Notes: generated by a model not told the origin, from the letters alone. Positions 1-14,228 are shown, counted from the first letter of the stretch. The stretch: DNA of 64,000 nucleotides from Eledone cirrhosa (GCA_964016885.1 OZ024743.1:222022001-222086000), one strand, 5' to 3'. Numbers and translations: made by a program.

Positions 1-120
1 CTCTGGAAGAAATCTACTGTACTCAGACCTGGAGGGTGATGGGCTCTACCGCGCTTAAAATGCCCAAGGGACGCCGTATGTCCAACGGCGTCCCTTCGAA
101 TCCGTCAGGAGTTACGGGAT
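1..120 (-). repeat. Fragment of an unclassified dispersed repeat with a 12-bp hairpin
   Basis: Its reverse complement aligns by eye to ~29865-29995 (ccaggtctga.tacag.agatttcttcc). Perfect stem aagggacgccgt (66-77) / acggcgtccctt (85-96). Confidence 0.55.
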
Positions 121-129
121 CATACTATA

Positions 130-1025
130 ATTGTTTCTAACATAAGTACAAGGCCAGTAATTCTTTTTTTTTGGGGGGGGGGGCTGTCATCGATTACATT
201 GACTCAGGTTCGTAACTGGTATGCTATGTTATCGATCCCAGAAGAATGAAAGGGTAAAGTTTATATTGGCGGAACTTGAACTCAATTCATAGAAATTCGT
301 AACTAAATACCGCAAACTATTGCGTCCAATGTTCTGAGTTCAAATCCCGCTGAGGTCAACTTTGCATTTCATCCTTCCGGATTCGATAAAGTAAAGTACC
401 AGTTAAATACTGGGGTGGATTTAATCAGCATTGCCATTCTCCAAATTTGCTGGCTTTGTGCCTAGATTAGAAATAAATATAACTGTTTCTACTTTTGGCA
501 CAAGGCCAGCAATTATCTGAGGCTTTATTTTATCGACCCTATAAGGATAAAAAGCAAAGTTAACCTCGGCGGGATTTGAAATCAGGCCATAAAGGGCCAT
601 AACTCTATGCTGCAAAGCATGGTGTCCGACGCGCTACCGATACTGTCAACCCACCGCCCTTTATTAGAAATAAATATAACATAAGAAAGGAATCGTACAA
701 AGCTAAATATTGGTTTCTGATTTAGTCACAAGGCCAACAATTTTGTGGGAGGAGAAAGTCGATTAAATCGACCCCAGTGCGTTACTGGTATATTATTTTA
801 TCGACCTCGTAAGGATGAAAGGCAAAGTTAACCTCGACGGGATTTGAACTCAGAACATAAAGGGACGTAAAGAGAATAATGGTTTCTGATTTAGACGTAC
901 TCTATGCCAAAAAAGAATGTTGTCCGACGCTCTACCGATACTGCCAATCCATCGTCCTCATAATAACGGTTTCTGATTTAGGCACAAGGCCAACAGTTTT
1001 GGGGGAGGAAAGTTTATTAAATCGA
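130..1025. mobile_element. Cluster of about 5 copies or fragments of a tRNA-type SINE in mixed orientation
   Basis: Recurrent core gagttcaaatcccgccgagg..aactttgcctttcatcc...gggtcgataaa..aagtaccag and 3' end gccttgtgcc....agaaa at ~130-300(-), 330-480(+), 483-660(-), 710-960(-), 965-1025(-). Confidence 0.8.
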
Positions 1026-1089
1026 TTAATGTGCAAAAGGGGTTAGGTTTGAGGTAGCTTGTCCTTCAGACAATTTATTCATCTCCGCC

Positions 1090-1124
<35 letters not shown>

Positions 1125-1614
1125 TCCACACACGTGTCGTAAACCCTTTTTGGATTCACTCCTTTTCCCTTCCCCTCCCTCTCTCTCTATCCCTCTTACT
1201 CACCCCCTCTCACTTCCGGGTTCTCCGTCTTTCTCTCTCTCTCTACACTTACTTTACTGAGATCGCCACAGAAAAAACCTTGCTCCGCAGTTATCCGGCC
1301 ACCGGGTTTATACCCATCAGTACAGTATAACTTATTCTATTTTCTCCTCGGTTACTTACATACATGTGCCATTGTCCTGTGTTCCCCCTTCTATTTAGTA
1401 TGTTTACTTCGTTTTTTTCCTCTTTCCCTTTATTTTCTTTCTTCCTCTCTTTTCACTATCACTTCTTTCCCTCGTGTCCTTTTGATGGATAAAAGGCCAC
1501 GGGCATGCTACGTATCGATGTCCTGTTTTAAGCGCCGAAATATCTATGATCCGCTGTAAACAGCTGACGATGGGCAACTTTTCTTCTCTTGTTTACGTCC
1601 CTATTACCTTTTTA

Positions 1615-1651
<37 letters not shown>

Positions 1652-1679
1652 AAAGAATAGAGGTGTAACACACAAATTA

Positions 1680-2200
<521 letters not shown>

Positions 2201-2549
2201 GGTAAGAAACTGGTATTATACCCAATTTATTCATCTATATATATATATATATATAGCAGATGAATAGATTGAGTATAATACCAGTTTCTTACCGAATGCG
2301 AAGAATCTCGATATATTAACCCCAGAGCATGTGGTGATGGTATGTGGTGGGGCATGCCCCCATCCCCTCCTCCAATACTTATATTTTCTCCCCAAACTAC
2401 CAAAGCACACATCTGTTTTGATATGCGCTTCAATTTATGTACATGTTATGTTTATCGCATATCGAAGTTTTTTTTACCATTCTAGAGTGCAAATTTGGAC
2501 CCTAAAATTAAGTAATGCTTCCACCGCCCCTGTATATATAATATATATG

Positions 2550-2607
<58 letters not shown>

Positions 2608-3207
2608 TTGGATAATACATGTGTCCCTATTCATTTTTTTGCCTGTAGGGATATATACTTTATTATTATTATTAATCTCCCCCTGGTCGAGATGAAATTT
2701 GGTCGTTTGACTACTGCTATTTATAGTGGTAGTAGATTGACCTCCCTTCCTCTGCCTTCTATCTTTGCACACGGCACTGGACAGAATTGCTTCCACATCA
2801 TTCATTCTCATCTCGGGAACAATTTTGAATAGCGCCAGTTCGTAATTTGAATTCGGGAATTTTATATTCTCCGAGTGAAAAGAACCTTCTGACGAGAGTT
2901 TATCTTTTAAATGGAAGCCCGCAAGGACTTTCCATTTATTTTTGAGACTCGAAACCGATTCGGTAAAGGTAACCATAGTAAGTACAGTGAATTTTTTGAA
3001 ATTTAATTTGAAACTTTTTCTTAGTTGCTAAACCTTGAGTATATATATATATATATTTACCACTTCTCCTTAGAGCTATCAATTTCGCTAAAACGCTCAC
3101 GGTGGTTAAGGATTTCGAAGTTGATGTCATCCTCAATGCCCGAAAGTCGGTGATTAATTTCGATGACTCTATTTGGATAAAAAAAATCCAATAGTACTCC
3201 ATTCGAC

Positions 3208-4386
3208 GTGAGTATGGGCGCCAGTGACTCTGCGGAGGTTACTGATCGTATTGGCCTTTTCCTTCTTTTCTCTATCAAGGACGAATTCCCCAACGCGGGC
3301 GGTGGTTTGTACCGTTACGATGGTCTTTTGACCATGACTAAGTGCGGACCTCGTGCTTGCGACAGGTTCAGAAAAGATCTCACAGCCTTCTTTAAAGGCT
3401 TCAACCTCTCTATACAGGTTGAGGCCAATCTCTCGGTCGTTAATTACCTCGACGTTACCATCAATTTATTGAATGGGTTGTATTACCCGTATAGAAAGCC
3501 GAATGATACGCTTAATTACATAAGTAAGCATTCCAACCATCCTGCCAGCATAACCAGGAACCTGGTAAGAAACGTTTCGTTCAGGCTTTCCCGTCTTTCC
3601 ACCAACGAGCATATTTTCAACGACCATTCGACTTATTACAATGAAGCTCTTGCTCGTAGTGGATTTGTCGATAAGGTAGCATATACAGAGTACGAAAATG
3701 GACCTAGAAGAAATAGATCCCGTCGCATTTGTTGGTATAACCCACCATATAATATGGAGGTGGCCACACCATTAGCTAAGATCTTTCTTTCCCTTATTAC
3801 GAAGCATTTTCCCCCTACACATAAATATAGTAAAATTTTTAATAGAAATACTATTAAAATTTCTTACTCTACGACTCCTAACCTTGCACATAACATCACA
3901 GCTTCAAATTTAGCTAAACTACCTAGCCGTAGGAACACGTGCAACCCTGTAGTTAGTACTAACTGTAATTGTAGGAATCGGGCTGATTGCCCCCTATCCG
4001 GGAAATGCCTCTCTAGTAACATTGTCTACAAATGTAAGGTTGTAACACCCACGTCCCGTAGGGCATACATAGGGTTAACCGCCAATAGTTTCAAGCAGCG
4101 TCTTTACATGCATACCGTCACTTTCAGCATACCGTCACTTTCAGCTTATATCTGGAGTCTAAAAGACAACCACACCCAATATAAGTTACACTGGGAGATG
4201 CTAGCTAGGGCTAGATCGTATAACGGAAATAAAAGACCATGTGACCTCTGCGCCGCTGAGGCCCTGGAAATACTCTACGCCACACAGCACATCTTAAATA
4301 AAATATCTGAGGCAATTTCGGCTTGTAAACATAAATTGCACAAAACTTTCCTGTATTACAGCCCCACGTTATACCCTAACGGATAG
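3208..4386 (+). pseudogene. PLE reverse transcriptase C-terminal half plus GIY-YIG endonuclease (degenerate)
   Basis: SMGA, GLYRYDGL (copy B has YRDD), NYLDVT, YRKPN, SNHP, WYNPPY, CNC..CPL.GKC, IVYKC..AYIGLT..FKQR, CDLC. The catalytic YRDD is mutated. Confidence 0.88.
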
Positions 4387-5314
4387 TACGATCTATACGT
4401 GGATATTTTACGTCTTGATGTGGGAGCTAAGTATATGTTTTGTTTATTCCTTTACTTATTTGCATAGGTAAGTATATACTACCCGTATGTTTTGTGAAGG
4501 TACGTATACCTTCTCGTACGTATATTTGATTTTTATGGCGTATAATTTTATATATTCTGGTACATAGGGTTTGGCTAGGTGTATACGGGAGTTTTTGCGT
4601 CTGTGTGATTATGTAGGTTCGTACGTATGGTGTGTGTGTGTATATGTGTACTTCTTATTTTAGTTGACTTACGTCTCCGAACATTCGTGTATTTATATGT
4701 AGGTATGTGTGTGCGCTTGTTATATACGTATTTATTTATTTATATACGTTTATATAATTATTTATTTATTTGTATACACGCATACACACACACACATATT
4801 TATATGTGCGTGGTTTTGTATACCTATGGTAAGGTTTTGCGTATGCTTGTGTATGTACGTATTTGTTTGCGTGTATGTATTTATTTATTTCTATTACTTC
4901 TGTATTGTATTTATTTACTTTGTTCTTAACTCTGTAGCGGAGATTCACTTGGTCTCCTAGTAAGAATTTTAGTCTACGACTTCTGCTATACCATTTACGT
5001 GGTTTTGTCTTTGCGTGCTATTGTTCTCCACGCTCCACATATGACTTATTATCTTCGTTTTTTTGTTCATTGCCAGAAAACGTCTCTATGCACCACCTAA
5101 GAGAACATTAGTCTACGACCTCTTTTATACCATAAACGTGGTTCTGTCTTTGCGCGTAATTGTTTTTCACCGCTCCTATTAATGACGTATTATTCGTTTT
5201 GTCCCGTTCTTCGCCAGCGAACGTTTCCACGAACCAAAGTATCGTCTTCCTGTCTTCCTCCGGTTGCAACGTTTTTTGAAATATCCAGTTCTGCGTTTAC
5301 AGATTGACTTTGTT

Positions 5315-5365
5315 AGTTTCAGAAGATCCCGTTAAGGGTGAAAGCAGCGATTCTTTGCTGAAACT
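5315..5365 (+). ncRNA. Type I hammerhead-like motif with a variant core (CAGAAGA), at the PLE 3' end
   Basis: agttt-CAGAAGA-tccc gttaa gggt-GAAA-gca..tgc-t-n-aaact. Minus-strand copies at 7247-7297, 9337-9387 and 12138-12188. Confidence 0.55.
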
Positions 5366-6048
5366 TTAATCTGTTATTTTAATAAATATTTGCTCTACGG
5401 TTCTTATATATTTGATATATATTTATCCTTATCGAGCCCTCTTTGGATTTTAGTCTTCAAATTTATTATTATTACTATATATATATATATATATATATAT
5501 AGAAAGGATGAATATAAAATGAAAGTGCTTTTGTTAAAAAAGGAATTTATTAGGTATTGACATATGTTTCTGTAACAGACCGAATACCTATGTATCGCTG
5601 CTTGCGTAATCATATAATGTTAGCAAGTATTCGATAGCAAATGTATATATATATATATACTCAAGGTTTAGCAAATAAGAAAAAGTTTCAAAATATACTA
5701 TATATATATATATAGTATATTTGGCAATATATTGTATGTTTAATTATATATATATATATGTAAAAGGTAAACAGAAATAACAACACAATCGGTACAGTAT
5801 ATGGAAGGAATATATTAGGTAACGCTATTCCTTCCTCAGAAGAAAGAATGAGAAATTAGAACGATTGAAGGCAGGGCGGAATCAGAAAAAATGTTTTAGA
5901 GAAAAATAACAGGTCCATTCATGTTATGTTACCATCTCTTGGAAAACTGTTCATGCTGGCGTTTTGTGTATGATATACTTTTTTAGAAAAGTGGATGATC
6001 GAGCGCGTCTATCTGAAATGGAAAAAACAGTTTTGTATATAGAGCTAT

Positions 6049-6140
<92 letters not shown>

Positions 6141-6291
6141 AAGTACGAAGCTGTGAGCAAAATTATGTTAATATAAGGGAGTGTGTGTATGCGTGTACAG
6201 AGCTATGAAGGGAAAAGTAGAGAGATGTATGTGCGTATTTAGTTGGTCTGTATCAGCTGTAAGAGTATATGTTTCTGACCATAAGAGAACC

Positions 6292-6760
6292 TTAGGAATT
6301 TAGGGGTGAATGTACTAGCGCTTGGGTGATAACTGACGGGGTAAATGTGACGGGGGCAAAGGATAGAGATGTAATCACGAACGTATATGTGTAAAATTGG
6401 GAACGGAAGTTAAGTCCATAAAGGAAACAGGACCCAAGGTGGAAAATCAAACTCTTTTCAGTCCTGGTGTGCGAGGCCTGTGATCCGTGATGTAAAAGGA
6501 CGCCAAGGACTGAGACGTGTAGGGAAGAGTGACCTGAGGAACGGAAATGAGGGGTGACGGGAGTATCCATACCGAGTCGTACGTCCCTCAAATGTTCAGC
6601 AAAACGGTCCGACAAACGGCGTCACGTTTGTCCGATGTATAAGGACCCGCAAATGGAACAACAGAGGGCATAGACAACTTGGGTGGAGGTGCAGGTGAAG
6701 GAGTTGCGTATACGGAATGAACCGTTACCGTTGGTGCCTGTGAGAGTGGTGATGTTGTAA
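6292..6760 (-). pseudogene. GIY-YIG endonuclease fragment of a different PLE family
   Basis: Reads [39 protein letters not shown]...HF....H...EKSLIFHLG....GLN, with an in-frame stop. Confidence 0.8.
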
Positions 6761-6782
6761 ATATATATACATAGATAGATAG

Positions 6783-6884
<102 letters not shown>

Positions 6885-6914
6885 AAATTTCGCTCTACAT
6901 GGCTTAATACAATA

Positions 6915-7143
6915 AATGTAATCTGAGTTTTTCGAATATTAATAATAACATTCGATTCGTTTGCAATTTTTCAAACAAGCTTCAATTTTATAGCCTTGTC
7001 AGTAGAATGAACCCTTCATTCTTGTTCTTGTGTTGGCATGCGAACAGAATTGCAGACACTACTGACATGACTATAAAATTGAGGCTTGTTTGCAAAATTG
7101 CAAACGAATCGAATGTCATTATTAATATTCGAAAAACACAGAT

Positions 7144-7148
<5 letters not shown>
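6915..7148. repeat. Fold-back inverted repeat with ~88-bp arms, in (TA)n context
   Basis: tgtaatctgagtttttcgaatattaat...tgtcagt versus actgaca...attaatattcgaaaaacacagattaca. Confidence 0.75.
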
Positions 7149-7234
<86 letters not shown>

Positions 7235-7235
<1 letters not shown>

Positions 7236-9500
7236 TAGCAGGTTAAAGTTTAAGCAAAGAATCGCTGCTTTCACCCTTAACGGGATTTTCTGAAACTAAA
7301 AAATCAATCTGTAAACGCAGAAGTAAATATTTCGAAAAACGTTGCAGCCGAAGGAAAACAGGAAGACGATGCTTTAGTTCGTCAAGACGTTCCCTGGCAA
7401 TGGACGAAAAAAAAGCGAGGATAATACGTTGTTATGTGGATCGTGGAGAACAAATACACGCAAAGACAAAACCAAAGCGGACAATAAACAGGATAAATTT
7501 GGGTTTAAAACTTATAATAACCCTCCGAGTAACCCAGCTTTGTTACCCTTTCAAAACGATGTCTTGGGACTCATACGGAATATCAAATTTCGAAACAGGA
7601 GCAATTCCTTCCATCAGGACCTGAAGAACAGAATTCGTTCTATTAAGGATTCTAATGCCGTGCACGTCCACTCCGATAAAACTGGTAATCTATATCAAGT
7701 GGAGCGAAGCACTTACCATCAACTGTTACATAATGCTGTTACCAAGGATTACCGGAAAATCGATCGGAGTGGCATTAATGACATCAACAATGCTGGGTTT
7801 GAAATCACTTCAGAACTCACATCCAGGATCGGACTGAACCTCTGGACCCTATTTCTCCCCACTTTACCCTGAAAGATCAGAAACCCCATTTCGCTAGTAA
7901 CACTTCTATTCGGCTAATTAACCCTACGAAGTCTGATTTAGGCAGACTTAGTAAAAGGGTTTTAGATAGAATCATACCTGAAATTAGAAGCTTGGCCCCT
8001 CTTGCACTGTGGAATAATTCTTTCGTGGTGATTGATTGGTTCAATAGCATATGCAACAAGGAACATTGCCGTTTTATCTAATTCGACATCAATAACTACT
8101 ACTCCTCCATCACTTTACCACTTCTTCTTACAGCTATCAATTTCGCTAAAACGCTCACGGTGGTTAAGGATTTCGAAGTTGATGTCATCCTCAATGCCCG
8201 TAAGTCGGTGATTAATTTCGACCACTCTATTTGGAGAAAAAAAAAATCAAATAGTAACCCATTCGACGTGATTTGGTGGAAGTTACAGATCTTATCGGCC
8301 TTTTCTTTCTTTTCTCTATCAAGGCAGAATTCCCTAACGTGGGAGGTGGTTTGTACCGCGATGACGGCCTTTTGACCATGACTAAGTGCGGTCCCTGCGC
8401 TTGCGACAGGTTTAGAAAAAACTCACAGCCTTCATTAAAGGCTTCAACCTCTCCATACAAGTTGAGGCCAACCTTTCGGTCGTAAACTACCTCGATGTTA
8501 CCCTCAACTTGTCGAATGGTTTGTACTACCCGTATAGAAAGCCGAATGATACGCTTAATTACATCAGTAAGCATTCTAACCATCCTGCCAGCATAACCAA
8601 GAACCTGGTAAGAAACGTTTCTCTGAGGCTTTCGCGTCTATCTACAAACGAGCATATTACAATGAAGCTCTTGCTCGGAGTGGATTTGTCAATAAAGTAG
8701 CATATACTAAGTATGAGCATAAACCTAAGAAAAATATATCCCGACGCATTATATGATATAACCCACCATATAATATGGAGGTGGCCACACCATTAGCTAA
8801 GATCTTTCTCTCCCCTATTAAGAAGCATTTCCCCTCAGCACATAAATACAATAACATTTTTAATAAAAATATCATTAAAATATCTTACTCCACGACTCCT
8901 AACTTTGCACATAACATCGCTGCTTCAAATTTAGCTAAATTACCTAGCCGTATGAACACGTGCAACCCTGTAGCTAGTACTAACTGTAATTGTAGGAATC
9001 GGGTTGACTGCCCTCTATCCGGGAAATGCCTCTCCAGTAACATTATCTACAAATGAAAGGTCGAAACACCCACATCTAGTAGGGCCAACATAGGGTTAAC
9101 CACCAATAGATTCAAGCAGCGTCTTTACATGCACACCCATTCTTTTCTTAACCCTTTAAGAAGGAATTTGACGTCACTTTCAACTTATATCTGGAGTCTA
9201 AAAGACAACCACACCTAATATAGGTTACACTGGGAGATCCTAGCTACAGCTAGATCGTATAACGGAAATAAAAGACCATGCGATCTTTGCGCCGCTGAAG
9301 CCCTGGAAATACTCTACGTCAATGATAACAGATTAAAGTTTAAGCAAAGAATCGCTGCTTTCACCCTTAACGGGATCTTCTGAAACTAAAAAAATCAATC
9401 TGTGAACGCAGAAGTAAATATTTCGAAAAACGTTGCAACCGAAGGAAAACAGGAGGACGATACTTTGGTTCGTGAAGACGTTCCCTGGCAATGAACAGAA
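7235..9500 (+). mobile_element. Penelope-like element copy B (frameshifted RT plus GIY-YIG), bracketed by inverted pieces of its own 3' end
   Basis: SDKTGNLY, RLINPTKSDLG, FDI..YYSSI, GLYRDDGL, YRKPN, CNC..CPL. 7240-7430 and 9325-9500 are reverse complements of the 5180-5375 terminus of copy A. Confidence 0.85.
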
Positions 9501-9812
9501 AATAGCGAACAGCAATGAGAACAATATTTTCATAATGTCATAATGCAGACAGCCAGACATGCAGGCAGATAATATAAGGGCGCGACGTTATAGCTATGTA
9601 TCTATCTAAAAAGACAGACTAAGAAAGAGAGAGAGATCGCTAACCGGCGCCTAACACGCCTTTAACAACAGAAAATTGAAAAATAAAAGCTGCAGTTAAT
9701 ATCTTTAGACCACAAGGAATATATAAATGCAAGTTTGAAGTCAATCGGAGTAGAAATGTGGATTTGTATAGACTTTGCAAAAATTAGGGGACACACAGGC
9801 AATTTCAGTTTT

Positions 9813-9841
<29 letters not shown>

Positions 9842-9849
<8 letters not shown>

Positions 9850-10696
9850 AAAAATGGAGTGCTGCGTGGTTGCACATGGGTTACATATGAATAAAATTAG
9901 TCCTGCATCAGTGATCTTCCAACCTTCATTGGTATTTCATCGCTTTAAAAATCATATACCTCTGGTTGGTGCGAGCAATAACTAAATAAAGTTATTGGGA
10001 CAAGTAAAATAGCGTGAAGCGAGCGAGACATGTAAACAAACAAATATTGTATTGCAACGGAAACATAGGAAGAGACAAGTATATGATATCTATAAGCTTA
10101 AGCTTGGTGAATTCATGGACGAGATATACAAACCATCCGACATGGGTGAGATGTGAGCGAGAAAAGGATTTCACACAGGTCAAACGGGAGGAAGTGAGAG
10201 AGGAGGAGAAGCAGAGAGTGAGTGAATGGAAGTGTGAGGAAGAGGCCAGCCGAGAGACAGTGTGCCTGGCAGGAGGGGTAAACAGAAGGTGAGAGGTACA
10301 GAGAGAGGGGAAGCAGTAAGAAAGAAACAGACAATCGCAGCTGAGGAAAAAATATAAATATAAGAAAAATGGAGTGCTGCGTGGTTGCACATGGGTTACA
10401 TATGAATAAAATTAGTCCTGCATGAGTGATCTTCCAACCTTCATTGGTATTTCATCGCTTTAAAAATTATATACCTTTGGTTGGTGCGAGCAATAACTAA
10501 ATAAAGTTTTTGAGACAAGTAAAATAGCGTGAAGCGAGCGAGACATGTAAACAAACAAAGATGGTATTGCAACTGAAAGATAGGAAGAGACAAGTACATG
10601 ATATCTATAAGCTTAAGCTTGGTGAATTCATGGACGAGAGATACAGACCATCCGACATGGGTGAGATGTGAGCGAGAAAAGGATTTCACACAGGTC
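9842..10696. repeat. Tandem duplication with ~515-bp period
   Basis: aagaaaaatggagtgctgcgtggttgcac...gatttcacacaggtca occurs at ~9847-10181 and ~10362-10697. Confidence 0.85.
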
Positions 10697-10845
<149 letters not shown>

Positions 10846-10924
10846 AGGTGAGTAATATTGTAGAACAATAAGACTATGCATATATCAGATAAGTAGCACT
10901 CAACAGTTGGTAGAACTGGAGTAT

Positions 10925-11238
10925 ATATAATAAAGAAGAAATTAAAAGATGGTTAAAGGAGTTCCATATATTTTATTATGTGCATTTCGAATACAAAATC
11001 ATCCTGGGACGAAAATTGTGTTCTCATCAGATAAAATAAGGTAACATGATATGAGGCATAATAGCACTTATTTACAGGAAAGTGCTAAGTCTACATAAGA
11101 CAGAAATATAAGTGTTAAAACTATAGTAAGAACTAGATATGAATATAGAAGAAAGGAAAGAAGAGGAGTAAAAGGAAAAAGAAAGAGAAGAAAAGGAAGC
11201 GAGAAAAAGAAGAAAAAATGAAGAGAGGGAGAGGGAGA

Positions 11239-11303
<65 letters not shown>

Positions 11304-11813
11304 TTGATCAGGAACGCCGTTTTCATTTTGACAGCGTTCCTGATCAAAAGTCTCTCTTTCTCTTTCTCTTTCTCTCTATCTTTCTCTCTCTCTTCCTTTT
11401 TTCTTCTTTTTTCCCTTTCTTTTCTTCTCTTTCTTTTTCCTTTTTCTCCTCTTCTTTCCTTTCTTCTATTTTCCTATCTATTTCTGACTATAGTTTTAAC
11501 ACTTATATTTCTGTCATATGTAGACTTACCACTTTCCTGTAAACAAGTGCTATTATGCCTCATATCATGTTACCTTATTTTATCTGATGAGTACACAATT
11601 TTTGTTCCAGGATGATTTTGTATTCGAAATGCACATAATAAAATATATGGAACTCATTTAACCATCTTTTAATTTCTTCTTTATTATATATATATAATAA
11701 AGAAGAAATTAGAAGATGGTTAAAAGAGTTCCATATATTTTATTATGCGCATTTCGAATACAAAATCATCCTGGGACAAAAATTGTGTTCTCATCAGATA
11801 AAATAAGGTAACA

Positions 11814-11815
<2 letters not shown>
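10925..11815. mobile_element. Palindromic PLE-end (pLTR) structure with three hammerhead-like copies
   Basis: 10925-11316 is the inverse of 11334-11700, with the centre at ~11325. A third copy lies at 11695-11815. Motif: ttttat-CTGATGA-stem II-GAAA-tgc(g/a)ca-TA-ataaaa. Confidence 0.75.
11578..11643 (+). ncRNA. Minimal type I hammerhead ribozyme-like motif
   Basis: CTGATGA at 11584-11590 and GAAA at 11626-11629; stem I ttttat/ataaaa. Minus-strand copies at 10971-11036 and 11738-11803. Confidence 0.65.
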
Positions 11816-11855
<40 letters not shown>

Positions 11856-11859
<4 letters not shown>

Positions 11860-12036
11860 GTTTCTACTTTAGGCACAAGGCCAGCAATTACCCAGTGCAT
11901 TACTGGTACTTTATTTTATCGACCCCGTAAGGATGAAAGGCAAAGTCAACCTCGGCGGGATTTGAACTCAGATCGTAAAGGGACGTAACTATGCTGGAAA
12001 GCATGGCGTCCGACCCTCTACCGATACTGCCAATCC
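11856..12036 (-). mobile_element. SINE, near-identical to 15843-16023
   Basis: Same core and 3' end as the 130-1025 family. Confidence 0.85.
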
Positions 12037-12352
12037 ATAAATTTGAAGACTAAAATTCAAAGAGGGCTCGATAAGGATAAATATATATCAAATATATAAG
12101 AACCGTAGAGCAAATATTTATTAAAATATCAGATTTAAGTTTAAGCAAAGAATCGCTGCTTTCAAAATTAACGGGATCTTCTGAAACTAACAAAGTCAAT
12201 CTGTGAACGCAGAAGTGAATATTTCAAAAAACGTTGCAACCGGAGGAAGACAGGAAGACGATACTTTGGTTCGTGGAAACGTTCCCAGGCAAATAACGGG
12301 AAAAAACGAATATAATACGTCATTATTTGGAGCGGTGAAAAACAATTACACG

Positions 12353-12355
<3 letters not shown>
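12037..12355 (-). mobile_element. Inverted 3'-end fragment of the copy A/B PLE family
   Basis: Reverse complement of ~5150-5465. Confidence 0.8.
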
Positions 12356-12400
<45 letters not shown>

Positions 12401-12438
12401 TCTCATATTGTGTTATCATCAGATAAAATAAGGTAACA

Positions 12439-12491
<53 letters not shown>

Positions 12492-12498
<7 letters not shown>

Positions 12499-12882
12499 AA
12501 ATAAAATAAATAAGTCAAATGTTAAAAATTTGGCTTCGTTTATTACTGCTATATATATTTCGGTGACAGCCATCTTTGGCTTGACCTCTTCAGGCAATCC
12601 GAATTAGTGTGGTAGAGACGAGTACACATGTTGTTGAGGTGTATAACTTTGTCAATACTCTGATATGCCCAGTTCCTGGTTGGGTTGTTATTTCACTGAG
12701 GAACTGGTTATCAGAGTATTGACAAAGTTATACACCTCAACAACATGTGTACTCGTCTCTACCACACTAATTCGGATTGCCTGAAGAGGTCACAGCCAAA
12801 GATGGCTGTCACCGAAATATATATAGCAGTAATAAACGAAGCCAAATTTTAAACATTTGACTTATTTATTTTATTTTATTTT
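12492..12882. mobile_element. Near-perfect palindrome (~185-bp arms) of a PLE end with a hammerhead-like motif in each arm
   Basis: 12492-12677 is the reverse complement of 12698-12882. Confidence 0.8.
12776..12830 (+). ncRNA. Minimal type I hammerhead ribozyme-like motif
   Basis: attgc-CTGAAGA-ggtcacagcc aaagat ggctgtcacc-GAAA-tatatata-gcagt. Mirror copy at 12545-12598(-). Confidence 0.72.
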
Positions 12883-12975
12883 ACATTACTCCGGAGTAAC
12901 CAAACCAACCTGCGCACTTCATCGAGTGCTCCAATCTGCATACTGAGGTGTTGGTATACAACCAACATATACTCA

Positions 12976-13007
<32 letters not shown>

Positions 13008-13651
13008 GTATATATATATATATATATATGAATTATTATCTCGTATTAGTTCACTTTGCTGCACTGGGTGGTTGCTGGAATTGTGCCCGGGATGGAAACC
13101 TTTATTGTTTATTTCGTGGTAGTCTCTTTAGTATTTTGGCCCCTTTTGTTGACCCGTCACCGTATCATTTACGTACTTATACCTCTTAAAAGGGTCCTCG
13201 CCTATCCCGTCCCACCTAGTTCTTTTACTTATTTCGTTATCTCTTTATTTATTTCTTTACTTCTTTCTTTCTTTATTTATTTATTTATTCTAGCCTAACA
13301 ATAGCTAGAGACCTAGGTCGTAGAATTTAATTTACTTTACTTTTTTCTTTACACTCATTTATTTTTCTTTACACTTATTTGCTTTTCTTCACTCTCAGTA
13401 TTTTTTCTTTCCTATATATTTCTACCCCCCATTGTTCTACCTACCGTTCCGACTTCCTCCCCCTCCCCCTCCCCTGTATCTTCTTTGACATCATGCCCAG
13501 CTGTAGCTGGCACTACAAACGCTTGATTGGGGCTACTCCACCCCCTCCCCTCTTTCTCCTACTGGCAGGTTTAGCCACCATCTCCCCTACTAATTTGCAA
13601 CCACAGAATTACTACTGATTTTTGACAATCACTTTGACCATATATGGAATT

Positions 13652-13745
13652 ACCCCTTGAGAAGATCGGCTATTTAAATACCAGGATAAATTTTCATTTA
13701 GTCCAGAATTAGCCGTCGAAACGGCTTGAGCTCAGCTGTCGGGGT
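13652..13745 (+). ncRNA. Degenerate hammerhead-like motif
   Basis: acccc...gaaga-tcggcta...tagccgtc-GAAAC-ggct..agct-GTC-ggggt. The 5' core is not canonical. Confidence 0.4.
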
Positions 13746-13835
13746 CTTACTGGTTCCTATTACCCACGCTACTACCTCAAGTATTGAGTACTTTGGTGCG
13801 TTATGGTCCACCTGGTTCCTTACCACATTTCCTTC

Positions 13836-13907
<72 letters not shown>

Positions 13908-13911
<4 letters not shown>

Positions 13912-14127
13912 CATTGCTTTATTTCTGGAGATCTCTCTGCACTTGTCGTCACATGGTACCATGGGCCCAGCACTATGTGTCAATAATTGTCACAGGTGTA
14001 GTGTTTGTACCAGAGTTTTCAAGTCGCTGGCTGGACTAAAAAGTTACACTCGTTCAGCGCATCGGTAGGGGTTCTCCTACATGGATATAAAGTAGTGGCC
14101 GTACTCGAAAACGAGTTGGCAGCCACC

Positions 14128-14132
<5 letters not shown>
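13908..14132 (+). mobile_element. 3' end of an RTE-like LINE (C-terminal C2H2 finger, 3' UTR hairpin, ATGT tail)
   Basis: [18 protein letters not shown](Y/H)TRSAHR*, then gtggccgtactcgaaaacgagttggcagccacc. Inverted near-identical copy at 36105-36328. Confidence 0.65.
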
Positions 14133-14177
<45 letters not shown>

Positions 14178-14228
14178 ATGTATGTATGTATATATATATA
14201 TATATATGTAAATATATATATATATATG

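Larger units (their letters stand above)
3055..5475 (+). mobile_element. 5'-truncated Penelope-like element (copy A) with long 3' UTR/pLTR, inserted in (TA)n
   Basis: RT and GIY-YIG coding remnant, then a 3' UTR ending in a hammerhead-like motif. (TA)n lies on both sides. Homologous to 8110-9320. Confidence 0.85.

Noticed and set aside
1475-1575. Additional hammerhead motif
   Set aside because: gaaatatcta is present, but I could not fit a CUGANGA core with pairing stems upstream.
13975-14068. Host C2H2 zinc-finger exon
   Set aside because: It is a single terminal finger followed by a stop, a hairpin and an ATGT tail, and is repeated at 36166-36260. This fits an RTE-like LINE end.
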